Of a DNA stretch of 55,310 nucleotides, positions 1 through 8,202 are shown one piece after another; position 1 is the stretch's first letter; each line of letters opens with the position of its first letter. The notes beneath the pieces are model-generated. The model was not told the DNA's origin and did not search any database. It saw only the letters and a program-made list of their open reading frames with translations. The stretch is from an uncultured Bacilli bacterium. GTDB lineage: Bacteria > Bacillota_I > Bacilli_A > RF39 > UBA660. The stretch lies in contig CANQFJ010000006.1 in NCBI GenBank assembly GCA_947598485.1, forward strand, positions 1 to 55,310, in the 5' to 3' direction. The position numbers and the translations under genes are program-made.

Positions 1-19
1 ATTCAATGTACAACATTCA

Positions 20-61
20 AAAAATGAGCAAGCCCTTTATTTATCTAGGCTTGCTCATTTT
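20..61. terminator. Inverted repeat, probable bidirectional intrinsic terminator
   Basis: aaaatgagcaagcc ... ggcttgctcatttt stem flanked by A and T tracts. Confidence 0.6.
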
Positions 62-163
62 AACTGTCAAAGTCAAGTTACCTACTATTTGCCAAGTAAT
101 ATCCATATACTTTTATGGACAAATTAACATTATTTGCTTATAATTATGGGTGGTGATTTTTTT

Positions 164-1186
164 ATGGATATCGAAGAATTTAATTATGAACTTCCTGAAG
201 AGTTAATTGCCCAATCTCCCATTAAAGATCGGAGTAGTTCTAAACTATTAGTTCTTGATAAACAAACGGGAGAATATCAAGATATGATTTTTAAAGATAT
301 CTTAAATCTTTTTCATAAAGGCGATGTTTTAGTGCTTAATAACACTAAGGTGTTGCCAGCGAGAATATTTGGTCAAAAGAAAGAAACTAATGCTCATATT
401 GAACTTTTACTTCTTAAAGATTTAGGGGATGATATTTGGGAGTGTTTATCTAAACCATTTAAAAGACTTAATGTGGGAACTATTATTAACTTTAATGATG
501 AGCTTGAGGCACAAGTAATAGAAAAGGATACAGAAGGTATCGTTAAAGTTAAATTTACTTATCAAGGTATCTTTTTAGAAATAATAGAAAGACTTGGCAT
601 TATGCCACTTCCTCCATATATTCATGAAACTTTAAAAGAACAAGATCGATATCAAACGGTCTATGCTAAATACCTTGGCAGTAGTGCGGCGCCAACGGCA
701 GGACTTCATTTTACGAAAGAACTATTAAAAGCTCTTGAGGAAAAAGGGGTAGAACTATTATATGTAACATTACATGTGGGCCTAGGAACTTTTAGACCCG
801 TTATGGAAGAAGATATTACTAAACACAATATGCATAGTGAAGAATATGAAATAACCGAAGACGTAGCTATTAGATTAAATAAAGCTAAAAAAGAGGGGAG
901 AAAGATCTACGCTGTTGGTACAACTTCGACCCGTACTTTAGAGGCTAATATAACAAAGTATGGTGAATTTACAAGTACTAAAGAAAGTACTAATATCTAT
1001 ATTTATCCTGGCTATGAATTTAAAGCTATTGATGGTTTAATAACTAATTTTCACTTACCTAAAAGTACTCTTATAATGCTTGTAAGTGCCCTTGCAGGCC
1101 GAGAAAATATCTTAAATGCTTATGAACATGCTAAAAAAAGCGGTTATCGTTTCTTTTCCTTTGGCGATGCTATGCTAATTAGATAA
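164..1186 (+). CDS. queA: S-adenosylmethionine:tRNA ribosyltransferase-isomerase QueA
   Basis: FNYELPEELIAQ, PLPPYI, RYQTVYA, AAPTAGLHF, HVGLGTF, TNFHLPKSTL, YRFFSFGDAM motifs; start moved to ATG 164 after ggtggtga RBS. Confidence 0.97.
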   Translation: MDIEEFNYELPEELIAQSPIKDRSSSKLLVLDKQTGEYQDMIFKDILNLFHKGDVLVLNNTKVLPARIFGQKKETNAHIELLLLKDLGDDIWECLSKPFKRLNVGTIINFNDELEAQVIEKDTEGIVKVKFTYQGIFLEIIERLGIMPLPPYIHETLKEQDRYQTVYAKYLGSSAAPTAGLHFTKELLKALEEKGVELLYVTLHVGLGTFRPVMEEDITKHNMHSEEYEITEDVAIRLNKAKKEGRKIYAVGTTSTRTLEANITKYGEFTSTKESTNIYIYPGYEFKAIDGLITNFHLPKSTLIMLVSALAGRENILNAYEHAKKSGYRFFSFGDAMLIR

Positions 1187-1624
1187 GGGTTTAATTCTTG
1201 ATCTTGACCATATATACTCTAATGATTCAAGTTTAAACCTTTTTTGAAATAATTTTTCAAAATAAATAAGAACCGAATCATATATGCCAAAGTTTTCCAA
1301 ACAAAGGGGCTTAATTTGCTCCTTTTTATTTGCGGTTTCATATGCTTCAAGAAAAAGAAAATCGGGATCAACAGTTTTTATATAAAAGTATATGGCTTCA
1401 TCGCCATTTAAAATGCCAAAGTTTCTCCTTGAAGTTGTAAGCTTTTCGGCACATCTAGTCATTAAAGAACCAAGACTTTTTGTACCATAAGACATCAAAA
1501 AAGAATACCTAGCTACAATTTCATCAATTTCGGTAATCCTTTCTTCAGATAAATTACCAAAATTGGTAAACCCTAAAGTATTATAAAACTTAAAAATGGT
1601 TTGCTTATTAAAGTATACAGTCAT
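1175..1624 (-). CDS. Hypothetical protein (149 aa), divergent from the giant sigma gene
   Basis: ORF fills the gap, gaaaggga RBS upstream on the minus strand; no recognised motif. Confidence 0.75.
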   Translation of the reverse strand: MTVYFNKQTIFKFYNTLGFTNFGNLSEERITEIDEIVARYSFLMSYGTKSLGSLMTRCAEKLTTSRRNFGILNGDEAIYFYIKTVDPDFLFLEAYETANKKEQIKPLCLENFGIYDSVLIYFEKLFQKRFKLESLEYIWSRSRIKPLSN

Positions 1625-1662
1625 TTTTCCCTTTCAATTTCATAATGATATTACAAAAATAT

Positions 1663-1691
1663 TTGTAATGCAAGATTAATGCTGTTATAAT
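1663..1691 (+). promoter_or_regulatory. Sigma-A-type promoter of giant sigma 1
   Basis: TTGTAA (1663-1668), 17 bp spacer, TG-t-TATAAT (1686-1691). Confidence 0.7.
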
Positions 1692-1713
1692 AAACGTTAG
1701 AACTGAGGAAAAT

Positions 1714-4700
1714 ATGGCAATACATACTTTTGAAAGCACAGATGATGTTATTAAAAAGCTATTACAAAAATATGCTATTTTTAACTCTGATATTGATTTC
1801 TACAAAGAAGCATTATTGCCATATTCTCGTCTTAGCCTTGATAAAATGTTTTATAAAACGGAAAGTGTTATTACTAGTGAGATAAGAAAGAGTGTTAAAG
1901 AAGATAATGATTGGCTTATAAAATATATAGAACAAGAATTAAAGACTTGTAGATCAATTACTAAAGCTCTTAATAATATAGGAGATTTATGTAGTAATTG
2001 GCGTTTAGATATTGATATTGATACTCTTAAAGTATTAGTCGATACATCTTCCGTTTTAAATGATGCTTTATCGCAAGTAATGAGAAGTTTTAAAGAAATA
2101 ACAATGACTAACATAGAAAGATTTACAAACAATAAGGCTTTAGTCGATATTTTAATTGGGTATGCTATGATTAATGATCTTCTTAAGGAAGAAGATGCTC
2201 AATTAGAAAATGAAAATATTGATATACCTGGTTTTATGTCAGACGATAGTGTAAAACTTTACTTAAGAGAAATAGGTAAAATTCCTCTTTTAAATCCAGA
2301 GCAAGAAAGAGAATTAAGTTATAAAGCTAAACAGGGATCTAAAGCTGCTAAAGATGCTCTTGCGGAGCATAATTTACGTTTAGTTGTTAGTCTTGCTAAA
2401 AGGTTTTTAGGCAGAGGCCTTGATTTTAACGATTTAATCCAAGCGGGTAATGAAGGCTTATTAAAAGCTGTTGATAAATACGATCCAGAAAAAGGTTATA
2501 AATTTTCGACTTACGCAACATGGTGGATACGTCAGTCTATAGATAGAACAATTAAGGATGAAGGTAGAACGATAAGAGTACCTGTTCATCTTCAAGAATC
2601 TTACAATAAGTTGAAAGCTGCGAGAGAAAAACTCATGGGAATGTATGGTGAGTCAGTATCATGGGAGGATGTAGCGGCTTATTTAGGAATACCTTTAAAA
2701 AAAGTAGAATCAATTGTAAACAATTTTAAGGATATGGTTTCCATAAATAGTTTTGTTGGAGATGAGGAAGATACCGAACTTGGTGATTTTTTATCAGATC
2801 CTGATGATCTTACACCTGAAGAGTTAGCTATGAAAAAAGCACTAAATGATGCTTTAACTATGGTTCTTGATACGTTAACCTCTAGAGAAGAGCAAATATT
2901 AAGGTTAAGATTTGGCCTTCAAAATCTTAATAATCCTAATCCGGATTATGACAGAACTCATACTTTAGAAGAATGTGGAGCTTTCTTTGGAGTTACAAGA
3001 GAACGAATTAGGCAAGTTGAAGCTAAAGCTCTACGTAAGCTTAGTAACACAAGCCGAAGATATAAACTCGCGGGATTTTATCCAGGACAAGAAAGCCCAG
3101 TTAAAATATTTAATGATTCAGCAAATCACAAACCAGCCCAAACTCCTAAGCCAAGTCCTGAATTATGGACTCAAGAACAAAAAGATAAATTTGGGATATG
3201 TCAAAATGGCGTTCAAAATAGCGAACCTAAAAAGCCGAGAAAACATCATAAACCTGCTCAAGGTAATGGGGCTAAAGAGTCAAGAAAATATCATAAACCA
3301 GAAAAATATTTATATGAAGTATTAGAATGTACACCTGATGAATTTAGAATGGTTAAATATTTTTTAAAATATAAAGATAGCGATTCATATAAGGTTTTCT
3401 TCTTGATTTATGGCGACAATTTAAACCAAATAGGATCATTTAATTCTATCAGTGCTAAACAAAGAAATAATTATAATAGTGCTTTACATCTTATTAGATC
3501 CAAAATAGCTCTTTATCGAAAGTCCTATATATTTTCTTTAAGAGAAGCATTAGAGTTAACTGAGGATGAGTATAAAATAGCCTTAGAATATATTAAAGGT
3601 CTTGAAAATATAGAAGTTCTCAAAGTAGTGCATGGTGAAGACCTTAGCCTTAAATCTAATACTAAGCTTCTTGAAAAGCAAGCCTTAGCAGAATATCAAA
3701 AAATATTGGCCGATGTTCGCTCATATGTAAAAAATATAAAAAACACTAAAGGCTTAAGACAAATCATTGAGTGCCCTACGAAATATTGGGATGATTTTAA
3801 GAGTTACATTTGTCAAAATACTAGATATTCTTATGAAGTTTTATCTCCAATATTTGGCAGTGATTTATCCCTAGAATTAACACCTCGGGAATTGGAGGCT
3901 AAAACTAATCGTGATTATGAAAGTGCTATAGTAAATCTAAAAGCTAAATTAACTTTCATGTATAGATATGTTGGTAAAAATTTAGTGACAATTGCTAATA
4001 TTCCTGAAAAGGAATGTGAAGAAACTTTAGAATATCTAAAAGATGATGCTTATTTAGTGTCATTATTTGGTCCCAATTTACTGTCTGAAATTAATGTAAG
4101 AATGTTATTAAATTTAAATGAGGAGGAAATTAAAGATATTATGGAAACAGTTAAAAAAGCAAGAAAAAGAGTAGGTACAACCCTACAAAGATCACTTCAA
4201 TTAAGTGATGAAGATATCGATGTCATAGCAGCATTAAATGCTTCTTTAGATATCAATACGACTTATAGGGATACTTTAAGAAACCTTTTTGGTCCGGATC
4301 TTCTTGGTTCAAAAGATCCAAAAGTTGATATTCATAATTTGCTAGCGAGAATAAGAGGGCAAGTAAAAATTGCTCTAACTTACAAAAACAAAACAATATA
4401 TGAAATAGCAGCTTCAATGTATGGTTTTGAGTTAAAGCCCGTGAATATTGTAAAATTAAGAAGCTATTTGCGTATGTCACCAAATTATGAAGCTTTTGCT
4501 GATTTATTCGGTAAAGATTTAAATGAACCAATGAATTTAGCAATGTATTTTGCTTATGATGGTCGAAGATCGTGGGTTATTTTTAATAAAAATTTAGTCG
4601 GAATAATTAATTCATGTAATGAGCATACGCCATATGATGAGATTATTGAATCTCACGAAAATAAATATCTTGATGAAATATTTGGCCAAACAGTATGTCC

Positions 4701-5304
4701 TATAGAGGACATAAAGGCTTATGTAAGCAAACTTGATGTAGATTTAGTTGCCTTGTTAAAATCTATTCATGGCGAAAATTTTGATCAACGATTTATGGCT
4801 ACGAATCCGGTTCTTACCCTAGGAACAGTGAAGAAATATGAGGTTGCTATAGCTACTATCAAAAATCTCTATACATATGTTCAAAATCCGAATCCTATTG
4901 TTACAGCTGAGGCTTCTACAGAGTCAGATTTATCAAGTACACTTGGTGATTCAGCACAAGCTCTATCAAGTACACCTGTTCTTGACAATTCTGCATCAGC
5001 TAGTGAAGTAGATTTAAATATTTATAATATTCCTTTGTTTAGAGAAGCAATAAAAGTAGTACCTATTGAATATCGTTATATTTTAATGTTTCATTTAGGT
5101 TTAGGAGAAGAGGGTATTGCGTACTCTACTCAAGATTTAGCCCTTATTTTTAACCGCTCTGAAGAAGAGATTCAAAATGCTTTGTTAAGAGGAAAGATTT
5201 TCTTTGATGAAATAGTAGCATCTTTTGAAAAAGTATATAATAGAACACTTGATTTAAATGCCTTAAATGGTCAATCACGTAAGCGCCAAATAACGGAAAA
5301 TTAA
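1714..5304 (+). CDS. Giant RpoD-like sigma70-family factor with C-terminal repeat array (1196 aa)
   Basis: Region 1.2 DSVKLYLREIG, region 2 NLRLVVSLAK / DLIQAGNEGL / KFSTYATWWIRQ, RTIRVPVH, region 4 TRERIRQVEAKALRKL, then about 750 extra residues. Confidence 0.92.
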   Translation: MAIHTFESTDDVIKKLLQKYAIFNSDIDFYKEALLPYSRLSLDKMFYKTESVITSEIRKSVKEDNDWLIKYIEQELKTCRSITKALNNIGDLCSNWRLDIDIDTLKVLVDTSSVLNDALSQVMRSFKEITMTNIERFTNNKALVDILIGYAMINDLLKEEDAQLENENIDIPGFMSDDSVKLYLREIGKIPLLNPEQERELSYKAKQGSKAAKDALAEHNLRLVVSLAKRFLGRGLDFNDLIQAGNEGLLKAVDKYDPEKGYKFSTYATWWIRQSIDRTIKDEGRTIRVPVHLQESYNKLKAAREKLMGMYGESVSWEDVAAYLGIPLKKVESIVNNFKDMVSINSFVGDEEDTELGDFLSDPDDLTPEELAMKKALNDALTMVLDTLTSREEQILRLRFGLQNLNNPNPDYDRTHTLEECGAFFGVTRERIRQVEAKALRKLSNTSRRYKLAGFYPGQESPVKIFNDSANHKPAQTPKPSPELWTQEQKDKFGICQNGVQNSEPKKPRKHHKPAQGNGAKESRKYHKPEKYLYEVLECTPDEFRMVKYFLKYKDSDSYKVFFLIYGDNLNQIGSFNSISAKQRNNYNSALHLIRSKIALYRKSYIFSLREALELTEDEYKIALEYIKGLENIEVLKVVHGEDLSLKSNTKLLEKQALAEYQKILADVRSYVKNIKNTKGLRQIIECPTKYWDDFKSYICQNTRYSYEVLSPIFGSDLSLELTPRELEAKTNRDYESAIVNLKAKLTFMYRYVGKNLVTIANIPEKECEETLEYLKDDAYLVSLFGPNLLSEINVRMLLNLNEEEIKDIMETVKKARKRVGTTLQRSLQLSDEDIDVIAALNASLDINTTYRDTLRNLFGPDLLGSKDPKVDIHNLLARIRGQVKIALTYKNKTIYEIAASMYGFELKPVNIVKLRSYLRMSPNYEAFADLFGKDLNEPMNLAMYFAYDGRRSWVIFNKNLVGIINSCNEHTPYDEIIESHENKYLDEIFGQTVCPIEDIKAYVSKLDVDLVALLKSIHGENFDQRFMATNPVLTLGTVKKYEVAIATIKNLYTYVQNPNPIVTAEASTESDLSSTLGDSAQALSSTPVLDNSASASEVDLNIYNIPLFREAIKVVPIEYRYILMFHLGLGEEGIAYSTQDLALIFNRSEEEIQNALLRGKIFFDEIVASFEKVYNRTLDLNALNGQSRKRQITEN
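3304..4880 (+). repeat. Seven degenerate protein repeats of about 73 aa in giant sigma 1
   Basis: IYGDNL, VHGEDL, IFGSDL, LFGPNL, LFGPDL, LFGKDL, IHGENF with Gly at aa 567, 641, 715, 786, 860, 933, 1020. Confidence 0.8.
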
Positions 5305-5311
5305 AAAATGT

Positions 5312-5340
5312 TTGTAAAATGAGGCTTGTGCTGTTATAAT
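5312..5340 (+). promoter_or_regulatory. Sigma-A-type promoter of giant sigma 2
   Basis: TTGTAA (5312-5317), 17 bp spacer, TG-t-TATAAT (5335-5340); same layout as the promoter at 1663. Confidence 0.7.
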
Positions 5341-5369
5341 AATAGCCCGTAGGAGTTGAGGTTTTTTGT

Positions 5370-8111
5370 ATGGCAGAACTTAATTTTACGAGTGTTAATG
5401 ACGTTGTTTTAACACTAAAAAGTAAATATAGCGCCCTTAGTGATGATATTAGTTATTATAAAAAGATTGTAAGTCGTCTTTCTGATTTATCTTTTGCTGA
5501 AATGTTTGATGAAGCAGAGAGAATTATTTTGACAGATCCCAGATTAAATATTGCTGCTCTTTTAATATGCTTTGAAAAAGGTTTAGTAAAAAAAGATAAT
5601 TATCTTTATTCGCTAGATGAATTAGCTAGAAAATGCGCACAATGGCAAATAGATATTGATATTGATACGCTTCAAACCTTAATAGATAAATCGGCGTTAA
5701 TAGCTAGTGCTCTTAATAGCATTTCGGAATCTATGGGTGAAAAAACGATAAACAGTATTGAAAAGCTTAATGTTAGTAAAAGTTGTCGAGAATTATTAAT
5801 TAACTATTTTTTATTAAAAGGTTATATTGATGTTAATGATCTTATAGCTAAAGATAGTAATTTAGAAAATGAATCCATTGATATCTATTCTAATAACTCG
5901 CTTGATATATACATGAAAGAGATAAAGAAAATACCTCCTCTTTCTTTTGAAGAGCAAATTTTATTAGGCAAAAGAATTCAAATGGGCGATAAAGAGGCTA
6001 AAAGAAAGCTTATTGAACATAATTTATTGTTGGTTGTTCATTTTGCTAAAAAATTTGCCGGCCATGGTATAGAATTTGGCGATTTAATTCAAGCAGGCAA
6101 TGAAGGCTTAATAAAAGCGGCGCAGAGATATAAGCCTGAAAAAGGTTATAAGTTTTCAACTTATGCTTTTTATTGGATTTATAGAGATATTAATAATTTA
6201 GTTTTGAATGGAACAAGATTCATTCAGCTTCCTCTTCATGCTAGTGAAACCGTTGCTAAAATTTATACGACTAAAAATAGATTAACCGTTTTAATGGGCC
6301 GTGAACCATCTTTAGAAGAAATAGCGGAGGATATGATGATTAGTCCCGAAATATTAAAAAATTATATTAATATTCCGGATGCCAAAATTTCTTTAGACTC
6401 TAAGCTTTATGATGAAGATGGCAATGAAGTACAAGATATAGTCCCTGATGAAAATATGCCAACTCCTGAAGAGCAAGCTATAAATTCTGCTTTAGTAGAT
6501 TCTATAAATGCAGCTCTTAGTTTATTAACTCCAAAGCAAGAAATGGTCATCCGTTTAAGATTTGCTATTCAAGATAATAAACATCCTCAAAAGGAATTTG
6601 AAAGAGTTCATACTCTTGAAGAAGTTGCTATGATGTTTAATGTAACAAGAGAAATGATAAGACAAACAGAAAAGAAGGCATTGTTAAGATTAAGACAGCC
6701 TACAATTTTTAAACATATTGAATCGTATTATGCTTCATCTTCAACTTCTCGTCCTTCAGCTGCGAAAGTGCAAGAAGATGTTAGAAGTAAGAACTATATA
6801 AATGATGATTATACTATAGATGCAAGCGACAGGTCTGCTATAAATACCACTGAAAATATGGATAATTCAAAACAAGTAGAAAAAAAGTTAAGCAAATTTT
6901 TATGGGAAAGATTAGGTTGCACGAATAGTGAGTATGAAATAATAAAAAAATATATATTAAGGAGTAAAGCAAAAAAATTTAATATTCTATTTTTTGTTCA
7001 TGGTGATAATCTAGATCAAGAAGCTCCCGTGAGTATATTAACTCCAGAGCAAAAAACTGATTATTATGATGGTATTCATGATATTAGAATAAAACTGCAA
7101 AAAATCAGAAAAGTTGGTATGCAAAAATTACAAACTGTTTTGGGAATGAATGATGACGATTTTGCCTTAGCAACTCAGTTTTTGAAAAAATTTGATGATG
7201 AAAAAATCATAGAATCTATTTTTGGTACAGATTATCAAGAATATGGAAACATCGCGACCCTTAATCCTACCAAAGTAAGAACTTTTAATAGTCTTGTTAA
7301 ACAAGCTAAAGAATATGTTGATACCCAAAGAAAAACCATAACTTTACCAAAAATGCTAAGTTGTCCTGATGAGATTTGGCCTGATATCAGAGAGTATATA
7401 TTACAAAAAGAAGAATTTAGTAAAATCTTTATACCTATATTTGGCCCTGATTTATTATCAGAGGCACAAATATCTTTTGTTAACACCTTTAAAGGAAAAG
7501 ACTTAACACGTGTAATCAGAAGCATCCAAAAAGTTATTTATGGTTATGTAAAATATGTTGGTAAAAACATCGCTACTATTGCTTTGTTAGATGAAGATGA
7601 AGAAGATGTTATTTATTCTTTATTATGTGATAATAGTGAACTAACAACTTTATTTGGTGCTGATTTAACATCGCCACTTAGAGCAAGTGATTACTTCCAA
7701 AGAGGAAGAGAAGACATTACGCGATTATTTAAAATTGTATTTGAAACTAAGCATAAATTTAGAAGACTAAGACGATTACAACAATATTCTGCTGAAAGTG
7801 ATAACATAAGCATAAATGGAGTTAATATCTTAGAATATAATAAAGAGCTTTTAAAACAAGCCGTCAAATTAGTGCCTCTTAGATATCGGGGAATATTAAT
7901 TTTACATTTAGGTCTTCTAGGTGATGGAATATTTTATCCTTTAGAAAAACTAGTCATTATTTTTAATAAAGATAAAGCTAGTATTGAAAGTGATATCCTT
8001 CGTGGTAAAGCATATTTAGAGGAAATATTATTGGCATATCAAAAGGCATGCGAAAATGGTCTTAATGAAAGTGCTGAAGAGTTCACTCGTAAAAGAGTAG
8101 AACAAGATTAA
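5370..8111 (+). CDS. Giant RpoD-like sigma70-family factor, paralogue of 1714..5304 (913 aa)
   Basis: NSLDIYMKEIKKIP, HNLLLVVHFAK, DLIQAGNEGL, KFSTYAFYWI, REPSLEEIAE, TREMIRQTEKKAL; collinear similarity to the upstream gene at both termini. Confidence 0.9.
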   Translation: MAELNFTSVNDVVLTLKSKYSALSDDISYYKKIVSRLSDLSFAEMFDEAERIILTDPRLNIAALLICFEKGLVKKDNYLYSLDELARKCAQWQIDIDIDTLQTLIDKSALIASALNSISESMGEKTINSIEKLNVSKSCRELLINYFLLKGYIDVNDLIAKDSNLENESIDIYSNNSLDIYMKEIKKIPPLSFEEQILLGKRIQMGDKEAKRKLIEHNLLLVVHFAKKFAGHGIEFGDLIQAGNEGLIKAAQRYKPEKGYKFSTYAFYWIYRDINNLVLNGTRFIQLPLHASETVAKIYTTKNRLTVLMGREPSLEEIAEDMMISPEILKNYINIPDAKISLDSKLYDEDGNEVQDIVPDENMPTPEEQAINSALVDSINAALSLLTPKQEMVIRLRFAIQDNKHPQKEFERVHTLEEVAMMFNVTREMIRQTEKKALLRLRQPTIFKHIESYYASSSTSRPSAAKVQEDVRSKNYINDDYTIDASDRSAINTTENMDNSKQVEKKLSKFLWERLGCTNSEYEIIKKYILRSKAKKFNILFFVHGDNLDQEAPVSILTPEQKTDYYDGIHDIRIKLQKIRKVGMQKLQTVLGMNDDDFALATQFLKKFDDEKIIESIFGTDYQEYGNIATLNPTKVRTFNSLVKQAKEYVDTQRKTITLPKMLSCPDEIWPDIREYILQKEEFSKIFIPIFGPDLLSEAQISFVNTFKGKDLTRVIRSIQKVIYGYVKYVGKNIATIALLDEDEEDVIYSLLCDNSELTTLFGADLTSPLRASDYFQRGREDITRLFKIVFETKHKFRRLRRLQQYSAESDNISINGVNILEYNKELLKQAVKLVPLRYRGILILHLGLLGDGIFYPLEKLVIIFNKDKASIESDILRGKAYLEEILLAYQKACENGLNESAEEFTRKRVEQD
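6894..7760 (+). repeat. Four degenerate protein repeats of about 73 aa in giant sigma 2
   Basis: VHGDNL, IFGTDY, IFGPDL, LFGADL with Gly at aa 545, 619, 692, 763. Confidence 0.78.
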
Positions 8112-8135
8112 AAGTTACGTCACGTAGCTTTTTTA
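8110..8135 (+). terminator. Intrinsic terminator after giant sigma 2
   Basis: aaaagttacg-tca-cgtagctttt hairpin followed by a T tract. Confidence 0.55.
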
Positions 8136-8202
8136 TTTTCTTTATCAATAGACAAATTCCTAGGCATTTGGTAAAATTATTTTGATAAAGAAGAGGGCTT
8201 TT

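Noticed and set aside
4930-4976. Short direct repeat tatcaagtacac in the sigma 1 linker
   Set aside because: Only two 12-bp copies in a Ser/Ala-rich linker; a local duplication, not an attachment site or array
1714-5304. Calling this gene rpoD/sigA
   Set aside because: No dnaG context, non-standard N-terminus, huge extension and a tandem paralogue; housekeeping status cannot be shown from this window
1851-7525. Short alternative-frame or antisense ORFs inside the sigma genes (1851, 2975, 4253, 7235)
   Set aside because: Fully overlap long, motif-supported CDSs and have no recognisable motifs; treated as shadow ORFs
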